DNA of 64,000 nt, from NCBI RefSeq assembly GCF_006345805.1, contig NC_043004.1:24614001-24678000 (forward strand). The letters run 5' to 3'. The stretch comes from Octopus sinensis (lineage: Eukaryota). The first letter of the stretch is position 1. Each line of letters begins with the position of its first letter. The notes beneath the pieces were generated by a model. That model made no database searches and had not been told where the DNA came from. It worked only from the letters and a program-made list of their open reading frames with translations. This document shows positions 27,401 to 39,044 of this stretch, in pieces. The position numbers were made by a program, and so were the translations under genes.

Positions 27401-27504
27401 AATGCAGTTATTAATAAGAAGCGTTGAAATTAATGCATGCAAGATTTCACAGCTCTAGCATCACTCCTTAATAGTTAGCCTATGAACCAGTCAGTCCACC
27501 CTGG
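24465..27504 (-). mobile_element. mariner (DD34D) transposon, degraded, interrupted by a hAT element
   Basis: TIRs CGAGGGTCGGCTGAAGAATTCATAGGCTA and TAGCCTATGAACCAGTCAGTCCACCCTGG. Start MDRIWHRCVIKYLQKKG at 27324. Motifs NGEYYANLL, FHQNNAPSH and HPYLLDLALS (degenerate YSPDLAPSD). About 1.23 kb after removing the insert. Confidence 0.9.
25424..27226 (-). mobile_element. hAT (Buster/Charlie, ZBED5/SCAND3-like) transposon, internally deleted
   Basis: TIRs CTGTGGTTCTCAAC and GTTGAGAACCACTG. 8-bp TSD TCCTAATG/CCTTAATG with central TA. Transposase remnant runs from MAGSAKKKCREY (26812) through LPLSNDSIRRRI, FTIQIDEST and YCVLHRHNLVAK to HQSQGSH* (25635). Confidence 0.92.
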
Positions 27505-28207
27505 TGTACACAATCTCTATCATGCAGTCTACAGCACATAGTTATGCACTCATCACATTCTCTACAACATAAACATCCTACATATTTCAACACAAATCCA
27601 AACGCCACGTTATCCTACACACACACATTTACACACACGGATATTTTCCAGTATATCACAATCTTTAATACACAACTACACACAAGGTCCAATGATTGAA
27701 AAGGTTAACATACAAAATATTCTTTTCTATAATTAAAAAATAATTTTATTTGGATTCCATTCCTTGGCCTTCACAGTTGTTCGTAATCGGAAAATCTGAA
27801 GACACGAGGAATAACTTCAACTATTATTCAAAAGTGAAGAATTTTTCCTTAGGCTCAGTTTTATAAAATAGTTCCAGTGTCCTCAAATAATAAGGGAATC
27901 TGTGAGTAATCTATAGAGCCCTCTAGCAGTTGATATTTCCATCCTCACAACTTCATTATCATTTTAAATGTTTTTCATATTGAGTGTCAAATTGATCAAA
28001 TCTCTGTTATTAACTCACAATACCATTTACAACTCCAACTGATACCCTGAATTTTTTCTCCATCCTCTTCCATTCCTTTCCTTTTCTTCTTTTTCTTCTT
28101 GTTTCCGTCATCAGCTTTTCTCCCCTTCTTTCTGCTCTTCGTCATCATCATCATCATCATCGTCCTTTATTCTATATGACTACTTTCGTCATATTACAAT
28201 ATTTTTT

Positions 28208-28428
28208 AAGATGGTGAGCTGGCAGAATCGTTAGCACGTCAGGCAGAATGCTTAGCGGCATTTCGTCCGTCTTCACGTTTTGAGTTTAAATTCTGAGTTG
28301 GTCGACTTTGCTTTTCATCCTTCGATAAAATTACCAGATCGATAAAATTACAAGTTGAGCACTGGGGTCGATTTAATCGACTTACACCCTCCCCAAAATG
28401 TCTGGCCTTGTACCAAAATCTGAAAACA
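28208..28428 (+). mobile_element. Family-A SINE
   Basis: AAGATGGTGAGCTGGCAGAATCGTTAGCACG head, core and CCTTGTACCAAAA tail. Confidence 0.8.
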
Positions 28429-29111
28429 ATATTACTATATTTTCACGTCGGACTCACAATTTTGATGTGGTGAGTCCGATTCCTGGGCTGGGCTGTGTTG
28501 TGCTCTTGATCAATACATTTTATTTCTCGTTGCTCCAGTTCATTCAGCTGTAGATATGAGTTACGACGTCACCGACGCCAAGCTGCATCGGCCTTTGCCT
28601 TTCCCTTGAATAACATCAGTGGCATGGAAAGGTGAAGCTGGTATGCACGGGCAACTGCTGGTCTTCCATAAACAAACTTGCTCGAACTTGTGCCTCGGGA
28701 GGAAGACTTTCTAGATGCAATCCCAAGGTCATTCATCACCGAGGGGAGTTTTTACCCTTTTATTAGTATCACTACTAACATTACTGTTGCTCCTGCTGCT
28801 GCTGCTGTTGCTACAGCACTACTATTCTTAATGGACAATCAGAGCAATGGGCTGATGTGGCGTTTATACCTTTCTGAAAGAATTAATTCCGGGCCTTAAA
28901 TGGAAGAGACTGCTGAGACTTGAACTCAAATCGCTTTTATATATATATATAAACGAATTTTTTGCGTAATGCGATAAAAACCAAGGGTGTGTAGATAGAA
29001 CGTTTATAGATATTCGCAAAATTACCGAACCTGGAACTTAACTATGGTCTGTCTATAGCACTTATTCAGCATTACCTGACATCTTTGGGTCTCAATGACA
29101 CCATTACTTCT

Positions 29112-29144
<33 letters not shown>

Positions 29145-29211
29145 ATGCATGTATGTACGTATGTATGTATGCATGTATATATATGTATACATATATATAC
29201 ATATATATATA

Positions 29212-29282
<71 letters not shown>

Positions 29283-29925
29283 ATGGAGAAATTGTACAAA
29301 ATGTATAAATGGATGATGAGGAGTAAAGCACCGGTACAGTTTCGATTACCTGTTGTTATCTGTAGATTTACTGCAGGAATTTCGTATTGGCAGTTGGGGT
29401 AACAGTATTAATTATATTGGAGACGGACTGTGTAATAGACTTTATCGAGTACAACACATGTTTCCACCTGTTCTGGGTCTCTTCATGTATATCAATAATG
29501 TCTTGCTAGAGATTTATTGAGTCAGCTTAAGTACCACTATATGACCATCGAATTCGTCAATGAATAAAATCAGAGAAAAATTATTGAAATACATTCAAAT
29601 ATGAACTCGGAAAGTATACATTATAGTTTAGAGAAAATGACGTAATCAGCTTTCGCTGTTGTAACTGTTAAGAGAAAGAAAAGGAAATAGAAGTTGAAAG
29701 GAAGATAATACTTGGACGAAAGCTTTTTTTGTGTTTGTGCTTAGACGCATATATATACATACACAGAGATATATATACGCACATATAACATACACGCTCA
29801 CACACGCACATTGTATTGGGCATATATGGGCATATATATACAATTTGATACACACGCATAGCACACGTAAGGACGAATATATATACATAGTATACGTATA
29901 GGAACTCGTATGCACAGGTGCACAC

Positions 29926-29980
<55 letters not shown>

Positions 29981-29983
<3 letters not shown>

Positions 29984-30204
29984 GTGCCAGCTCTGTCTGG
30001 CACCTGTGCGGGTGGCACGTAAAAAGCACCCACTACACTCACGGAGTGGTTGGCGTTAGGAAGGGCATCCAGCCGTAGAAACACTGCCAGATTTGACTGG
30101 GCCTGATGAAGCCTTCTGGCTTCACAGACCCCAGTAGAACCGTCCAACCCATGCTAGCATGGAAAACGGACGCTAAACGATGATGATGATGATGATGATG
30201 ATGA
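29981..30204 (+). mobile_element. 5'-truncated Ceph-domain-type SINE with (GAT)n tail
   Basis: GGTGGCACGTAAAAAGCACCCACTACACTC..GAGTGGTTGGCGTTAGGAAGGGCATCCAGCCGTAGAAAC followed by CCCATGCTAGCATGG and (GAT)n. Confidence 0.7.
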
Positions 30205-30599
30205 TATACGTACATTGCATAGATAACTATGTGCGTAGATACGTACGTAAAGCAAGCTACACACGTCCGTGCAAAGCTTGACACACACATCAATAATTTA
30301 ATACCAAACCTTTGTGACAGTGTTACCTTTGTTACCTACAATAATAAATGAGACATTCTGTCTGTCAACCAAGAATGTTGTTCATCCTGCTGCCTTACAA
30401 TGATTTCCGAATGTCCCAGTGATACAAAATTCTCCATTTGTGATAATTTGTGATATAAATCTGAGAAGGTAGGATATCAATAACTGTTCTATTATTAGTG
30501 CCCTCTTCAGTTTGGGGCTAAAGGCCCAATTAGCACTTGCGGAAGCTAGCTTAAAAGTCCACATGGAGTGCGGCTTTTAAGGTAGTACATGTATGTTTG

Positions 30600-30772
30600 T
30601 GTGTGTGTGTGTGTTTACAGGCTCAGGAGTGGCTTTGTGGTTGCTTACAAACCACATAGTTCTGAGTTGAGTCTCGCTGCGTGGCACCTTGAGTAAGTGT
30701 CTTATACTATAGCTTCGAGCCGACCATAGCCTTGTGAGCGGATTTGGCAGACGGAAACTGAAAGAAGCCCGT

Positions 30773-30827
<55 letters not shown>

Positions 30828-31100
30828 AAGTGAATGTGTGTGCGTGTGTGTGTGTATCTGTGTCTGTGTTTATCCCCCACCATCGCTTGACAACCGATGT
30901 TGGTGTGTTTACTTCCCCGTAACATAGAGGTCGGCAAAAGAGACCGAGAGAATTAATACTAGGCTTACAATGAATATGTCCTAGGGTCGATTTGTTCGAC
31001 TAAAAGGCGGTGTTCCAGCATGGCCGCAGTCAAGACTTAGATAAAAGAATAAAAGAATATATATATATATGTGTAAGTATGTAAGTATATATGTGTGTGC

Positions 31101-31170
<70 letters not shown>

Positions 31171-31198
31171 ATTATTATTGTAAATATTATTATTATTA

Positions 31199-31245
<47 letters not shown>

Positions 31246-31770
31246 CATTATTAAGGTAGCGAGCTGACAGAATCTTTAGTACGCCGGACAAAATGCTTAG
31301 CGGCATTTCGTCCGTCTTTATGTTCTGAGTTCAAATTCTGCCGAGGTCGACTTTGCCTTTCATTTTTTCGACGTCGATAAATTAAGTACCAGTTGAATAC
31401 CAGAGTCGATGTAATCGACTTATCCCTGCCCCAAATTTCAGGTCTTGTACGTACAGTAGAAAGGAGATTATTATTGTTATTATTGTTGTTGTTATTATTA
31501 TTATTATCATTATAATTATTATTATTATCATTATTATTATTATCATTATTATAATTACACACACGCATGTATATTACGTGTGTGTGTGGTGTGTGTGTGT
31601 GTTTACAGGCTCAGGAGTGGCTTTGTGGTTGCTTACAAACCACATAGTTCTGAGTTGAGTCTCGCTGCGTGGCACCTTGAGTAAGTGTCTTATACTATAG
31701 CTTCGAGCCGACCATAGCCTTGTGAGCGGATTTGGCAGACGGAAACTGAAAGAAGCCCGTTGTATATATA

Positions 31771-31824
<54 letters not shown>

Positions 31825-32097
31825 AAGTGAATGTGTGTGCGTGTGTGTGTGTATCTGTGTCTGTGTTTATCCCCCACCATCGCTTGACAACCGATGTTGG
31901 TGTGTTTACTTCCCCGTAACATAGAGGTCGGCAAAAGAGACCGAGAGAATTAATACTAGGCTTACAATGAATATGTCCTAGGGTCGATTTGTTCGACTAA
32001 AAGGCGGTGTTCCAGCATGGCCGCAGTCAAGACTTAGATAAAAGAATAAAAGAATATATATATATATGTGTAAGTATGTAAGTATATATGTGTGTGC

Positions 32098-32159
<62 letters not shown>

Positions 32160-32180
32160 TATTATTATTATTATTGTAAA

Positions 32181-32243
<63 letters not shown>

Positions 32244-32573
32244 CATTATTAAGGTAGCGAGCTGACAGAATCTTTAGTACGCCGGACAAAATGCTTAGCG
32301 GCATTTCGTCCGTCTTTATGTTCTGAGTTCAAATTCTGCCGAGGTCGACTTTGCCTTTCATTTTTTCGACGTCGATAAATTAAGTACCAGTTGAATACCA
32401 GAGTCGATGTAATCGACTTATCCCTGCCCCAAATTTCAGGTCTTGTACGTACAGTAGAAAGGAGATTATTATTGTTATTATTGTTGTTGTTATTATTATT
32501 ATTATCATTATAATTATTATTATTATCATTATTATTATTATCATTATTATAATTACACACACGCATGTATATT

Positions 32574-32600
<27 letters not shown>
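30600..32600 (+). repeat. Tandem duplication, two ~990-bp units (family-B SINE + (TTA)n + family-A SINE + (TTA)n)
   Basis: Period 988-998 bp. Non-microsatellite parts appear identical, and the ORF track gives identical peptides for 31251..31568 and 32249..32566. Confidence 0.95.
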
Positions 32601-32618
<18 letters not shown>

Positions 32619-32840
32619 AGACAGATGCAGTGTTACCCGATAATGGATCCATGTAACTATCATTATTCCAGACCACCAAGCCCCCAGAAACAGTTGTTGA
32701 ACTCGTAAAACTCTACCTATTTAACTCCTGATATCATTTATATTCTATAAGTCGGACTATTTTAGCTCTATACACATGTGCATTCTTTCTATTAAATGCA
32801 TTTAATCTTCTGTGGAAATCGACTCGCCTAACTTGCGTCT

Positions 32841-32892
<52 letters not shown>

Positions 32893-33031
32893 CAGTAAAA
32901 CAATTAAGATTCAAGTGAGTTCCAATGAATTTACATGAATGTGGTACTTAACTTAGATGCAACAGAAATCTTTATGGTATTAACCATAAAATAATGTGGG
33001 GTGATTATAAACAAGAAAAAAGCCTTTTTCT

Positions 33032-33114
<83 letters not shown>

Positions 33115-33183
33115 GTATATATATGCACCTATCTATGTATGTAACCGTACGTGCATACATTACATTCTCTCTCTCTCTCTCTG

Positions 33184-33226
<43 letters not shown>

Positions 33227-33542
33227 TCACACACAAACAGTCACACACACTCGCATACACCACACACACACATATTTATATGGTCCTTGCATACATTATA
33301 GATTAGTGGATAATTTTTGAATGAATATATTTTACTAATGCCTATGGGGGAAATGTGGGTTACTGTGCGATTTTCAGGAATCTCCACAAAAACAAGATGA
33401 CATTTATATAAATGACATCACAAATGTCACACAATTTTGGCAGATGACTTTAGATTTCAGAATGTCATCAACGGAGAATGTGACCAGAGACAGATCTAAC
33501 CTCATCTTTCCTTTGTGAACCAATGGCCAGATAATAATAATA

Positions 33543-33602
<60 letters not shown>

Positions 33603-34139
33603 GAGAGAGTATTGTAGTTCGCTTGAAGCATTGTGTATTGTTTGTAAAGAATAAAAAGTTTTGAATGGTACAACAATGCACTATAATACGAAAAAGGGAC
33701 AATATACCTGTTGTAATTTAGTTATCCATAGTCCGATGATATTTCGGAATACAGTTCCTTCTTCAGATATTCTTAGATGGAGTCGCTACTATAATCAGTT
33801 TTCCAACTCCTTTTGAGCGGGATGGGCTATTTGACCTGAAGGAAAATCTAACTGCGCCCCCACCTGCAAGGTGAACCGCTGTTTATCTTGATATAAGGTC
33901 ACCATGTCACGCACAAGAAGCACAAAATATATTTAGAACAATACAAAGATCTACATAACACGTGTTAACAACAAAAGAGTAATAATTGACAAGGAGATTA
34001 TTTCAACAAATATCTTAAATAAGTGGGAAACACCACCTAGGGGCGACCAAGGAACCCCAGACATCGAATCACCCAGTCACCAGAAGTACAATGGTTAGTA
34101 CTCAATTCTTCTCCGTACTTTTTCGGCTTACGAGTGCAT

Positions 34140-34700
34140 GCTGAGTCATTGTAGCCACGTTCGTTCATATTTTGACAGTATCTCCTTCGACACCCTCACC
34201 GGAATTCGAAAATGTCGAAGTGAGCTTTGCTGAAAAGAAAAGTGTCTGTATTCAGTCCCCTCATTCTCGACCACCAAACAACCTCTTCATATATATATGT
34301 GTGTGTGTATCCCCCTTCCACCATACCCAAACCAAGCTCTTCATTCCCTACTCCCAATCCCTCCGTCTGCGCAGGCTCTGCAATGCCACCCTGGTCTCGC
34401 GCCATTTCCACTTTACCGGTCATTCACTACAACACCTGTCTGTGTTCGGATTTTCTTTGCACAAGGGCCATCCGGACTTCCGATTTTGCCGTGAACAGGA
34501 ATTAATCTTCTCTCTTCGCTCCTTTGCCCCACATGGGCTCAACTCCCCTCTTCTCTTCATCTGACTTCCCTCCTCTCCTCTCTACATCTGACACCTACTT
34601 TGTCTCTTCACTTCTAATCACCTTGTGCCACTATTTCTTATTTATAATTCTACCTTACGGTGCTTTATTTCGCTGGAAAATAATACTATTTTATTGTAAT
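34140..34700 (+). mobile_element. Penelope-like element 3' fragment
   Basis: ORF 34172..34564 ends LVSRHFHFTGHSLQHLSVFG...REQELIFSLRSFAPHGLN, the typical C-terminus of PLE GIY-YIG endonucleases. Confidence 0.72.
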
Positions 34701-36185
34701 AATATTTATAATTTAAACATATATATATACTTCTAATATAAGGATAATTCTTTTATTTTTAATTTATCAGTGGCCAGCATATTAAAATACATTTTAAAGC
34801 GAAAATTATAAGCAATTATATATAAGGGCAACAGAAAAAAATTTAACCGCATATAATTTTTTTCACTACACGCTGTGTATTTATAGTAAAAATATTATAT
34901 GCGGTTAGACGAGCTAAGGTCTATTTTTAAGCATATTGGCATAGAAAACTTTTTTATTTTGCCCTTATTTATGATTGTTTATATATGTATATATATGTAA
35001 TTTTATTTAAGAGTTGTCGTACAGGTCAGCCCTAGGCTATTATAAGGAGTGCCACAGTAGTACCGAGCTCAACACTACTTGGTTGTGCACGGAATCTTTT
35101 AAACCAAACTGTTGGACATGAGGTCAGGTATGTTAGGACTAATTCCTGACAGAATCGTCAGCACGCCGGTCTAAATGCTTAGCGGCATTTCGTCCGTCTT
35201 TATATACCGCCGAGGATGACTTCATATTTCAGGAGTTGCTGAAATATATACCAGTTGAGCACTAGGGTCGATGTAATCGACTTACACCACGCCCCACAAA
35301 ATTGTGCCAAAATCAGAAACCGTTACCAATCCTTCATCGTAAGACAGTGAACTGGCCAACCGTTCGGGGTCGATAAAATAAGTACCATTTAAAACCGAGC
35401 TCGATGTAATCGACTTACCTCTTTCCCCAAAATCACTAGCCTTGTGCCAAAATTTGAAACCAATATGAGAAATAATTATTGGTCATATGTTGTGGCTGAC
35501 AGGAACGTTTGAGCCAGGCAACAAATGGTTTTTAGTTAAATTTCTTTACGTTCGGGGTTCAAATCAAGCCGACTTTACCTTGACAAAGCAATTGGCAAAA
35601 TATGCTACCAGTTATCCAAGAAAATTCATCTAACTTTAAGTACAACTAATCACCATACGCGGATTATGAGCTGTCGACAAATAAAATTTACAACACAGGT
35701 TCGATCTCTCGATCAATCAACTTCACTACATTTTCTTATTATATTTTCAATTAGTGACCACACCTTTTATAACTTTAATTTGTGATCCACAAACAGAATG
35801 ATTCTTCACACTGACTCCTAGCTACGGCACTTACCAATATTTTCCTCTGCAAGACAAGACCTGGTCTACACACAACAACATTAGCAACAACTTATCAAAG
35901 TGCATAAACTTTGTTAATTGGACCGACAAAATATTTAATCGTTAATGGACGTTTCGATTTTTCCCCTTTCTTCAAATATTACGCTGCATTTCTTTCATCT
36001 CAAATGGTGTTAAACAAACGTGTACGAGTTACGTAGCAACACTGTTTACTTCAACTTGAAAAGCTGTACAAACATGTCGTGGAGTATTATATATTCTAAA
36101 CTATCTACATACGTATCTGAGGCACTAGAACAAAATTTAGAATCGGTTTAGAGTGTAATTGATGTGTGAATATAAGCAATTAGCA

Positions 36186-36267
36186 GTCGTCGTGGTCGAG
36201 TGGTTAAAGCGATGGATTAGAAATCCATTGGGGTCTCCCCGCATATGTTCGAATCCTATCGACGACG
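36186..36267 (+). tRNA. tRNA-Ser(AGA), degenerate, probable pseudogene
   Basis: 82 nt. Perfect acceptor stem GTCGTCG/CGACGAC plus discriminator G, anticodon arm ATGGA-TTAGAAA-TCCAT, Ser-type variable arm GGGG-TCT-CCCC, T-loop TTCGAAT. There is one C-A mismatch in the D stem, one T-C mismatch in the T stem (ATATG/CCTAT), and no T-run terminator nearby. Confidence 0.85.
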
Positions 36268-36285
36268 TTGATTAATAACTTATGT

Positions 36286-36702
36286 AGGCGTAGGAGCCGC
36301 TGTGTGGCAAGTAGCTTGCTTACGAACCACATAGTGCTGGGTTCAGTCCCACTGCGTCGCACCTTGGGCAAGTGTCTTCTTCTATAGCCTCGGGCCAACC
36401 TAAGCTTTGTGAGTGGATTTGGTAGACGGAAACTGAAGGAAGGCCTTCGTATATATATATATATATATATGCGTGTGTGTGTATGTTTGTGTGTCTGTGT
36501 TTGTCACACACCCCCAACATCGCTTGACAACCGATGCTGGTGTGTTTACATCCCCGTAACTTAGCGGTTCGGCAAAAGAAACCGATAGAATAAGTACTAG
36601 GCTTACAAAGAATAAGTTCTGGGGTCGATTTGCTCGACTAAAAGCGGTTCTCCAGCACGGCTACAGTCAAATGACTGAAACAAGTAAAAGAGTAAAAGAG
36701 AG
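36286..36702 (+). mobile_element. tRNA-derived CORE-type SINE, family B (octopus OR-like), full length with internal microsatellite
   Basis: tRNA-like head with GGTTCAGTCCC B box, CORE motif ACCTTGGGCAAGTG, internal (TA)n(TG)n, and tail GACTGAAACAAG(TAAAAGAG)n. Confidence 0.88.
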
Positions 36703-37236
36703 TAATTATGCTTGTGAATATAATATAAGACACTGAACTAAATAATTGGCTATATTCTTCTCTCAACTGTTCTCAATGTTTAGCTGGGTTGTTTTTTGAA
36801 TCCTTATATGAAGAAAGGTAAATATCAACCTACGTAAGAACTGAACATAGAATGTTGAGGTATATTTTTCTGTTGTCTTTTTTTGTTTTGTTTTTTAGTC
36901 AGGAAGGAAGGCAGAGTTCATGACTGATAGTGGGGAAGGTATCTGAAAACAAAAGACCTATCCTTAATACTTGCAACAGAGTGCACTCAGCTAAAGACAT
37001 CCAAGGTGCCGGGTGGTGATGTTAAACTGGGTGGTAGATTAAGTCTATCACCCAAGTAGTCCATGACGGGATTTGAACCCAGAAAGCAAAGATACTGAAT
37101 AAATATCACAAGGCACTCGGTCCAGCATGCTTACAGCTCCGTCATTGATAGTTTTCTAGCGACCCCGAAAAGCTGAAAAGCAAAGTTAACTTCTTTAGAA
37201 TTAGTACTCAGAACGAAGGGATTCAGAACAAATACC

Positions 37237-37639
37237 TATTTCTTTACTACCCACAATGGTCTAAACACAGAGGGGACAAAGAAGGACAGACAAACTGATT
37301 AAGTCGATTATATCGACCCCAGTGCGTAACTGGTACTTAATTTATCGACCCCGAAAAGATGAAAGGCAAAGTCGACCTCAGCGGAATTTGAACTCAGAAC
37401 GCAGAGGCGGACGAAATACCTATTTCTTTACTACCCACAAGGGGCTAAACACAGAGGAGACAAACAAGGACAGACAGACGGATTAAGTCGATTATATCGA
37501 CCCCAGTGCGTAACTGGTACTTAATTTATCGACCCCGAAAGGATGAAAGGCAAAGTCGACCTCGGCGGAATTTGAACTCAGAACGTAACGTAACTAAGAA
37601 TTTCGCCCGGCGTGCTAACGTTTCTGCCAGCTCGCCGCC
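37237..37639 (-). mobile_element. Young long-tail family-A SINE dimer inserted in an older SINE
   Basis: Two units with a junction at 37420|37421. TSD TCAGAACAAaTACC (37223-37236) / TCAGAACAAgTACC (37640-37653). The diverged host SINE continues on both sides. Confidence 0.85.
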
Positions 37640-37681
37640 TCAGAACAAGTACCGAGTGCCATTTTATCCGACGTTCTAACC

Positions 37682-37944
37682 CAGTGGTTCTCAACCAGTG
37701 GCCACATGGCCCTTGGGTGGCGGGGTCCAATAAAAGAGTTTGCTTTTAAAATTTATGTACAATGAATTGTTTCTATTTCAACAATACACAAAATATTCTT
37801 ACATTTTTATACAATTCCTAATGATATTTAATTATAAAAATATAATTGGACATTTTAAACATTGAATGGGTATGAGGGAAGGTCTAGTAAAGTAGAATGG
37901 GAATCAAAAGAGTCCATAGGCAAAAAAACGGTTGAGAAACACTG
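37682..37944. mobile_element. hAT/Buster MITE
   Basis: 263 bp with TIRs CAGTGGTTCTCAACC / GGTTGAGAAACACTG and 8-bp TSD TTCTAACC / CTCTAACC. No ORF. Confidence 0.88.
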
Positions 37945-38699
37945 CTCTAACCACTGTCAACTTTCCACCCTTATAACACGACCTCTCACACATCATACAT
38001 TACAGTTCTTAATCGTATTCACTATATCTGGTGATTTTACATGAATACTAAAACTTCCAGAAAACCGTTCCGAGGCGTAGTGTTAGTTATGTCAATCAGG
38101 TATTTCCCTAAACCTTCAAGCGACCTCTATATTATTTAACATTCAATAGGCGTCCGTTCTCAAAATATATTTCTGTGGTATCAGTTTCCTACTGTCTTAT
38201 TTTATTTTGTCGCCTTTCCTTGGTTGTGTTTTCAGAATTATTGTGAGATATTTAATTACATAAGAAATACCAAAAGCAAGAAAATACATTCATTATATCC
38301 TTTACAATGTCATTGCATGAAATCAATTCTTAAACTTTATTTAGAAGAATGAATACAAATATCTGTGACTTTTGAAAATTAACGTCATTTTAAGCGGCCT
38401 CTCACAGCGTGTTATTCAGGAAACGTTATTTTGATTGGTGGAACATATATCGTATGGATATGTTCTTACAAAGCTGTCATTTGCACGTCATGGTGGTAAA
38501 TGCTGCATGTTTTGTTGCAGACACCCTGATTTATTAGGGCATCGGACAGAATGTATAAGAAACTCTGTCTACCGGCATAGAAACCTGAAAGGTGATTAGA
38601 GAGTGAGGTGGAGAGAGACAAAACAGACAGAGACAGACAGACAAAGACAGACAGACAAAGACAGACAAACGGACTGACTGTTAGACTGACAGACAGACA

Positions 38700-38810
<111 letters not shown>

Positions 38811-38879
38811 TCAGACAGATGTATAGACAGACAGACAGATAGATAGATTAGATAGATAGACAGACAGTCAGACAGATGT

Positions 38880-39042
<163 letters not shown>

Positions 39043-39044
39043 TG

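Noticed and set aside
27740-27960. Possible MULE transposase trace (PITNNCEG) on the minus strand
   Set aside because: Single short motif with no ORF or TIRs found.
30382-30564. Candidate downstream exon of the receptor gene
   Set aside because: No frame resembles NPR/guanylyl cyclase sequence.
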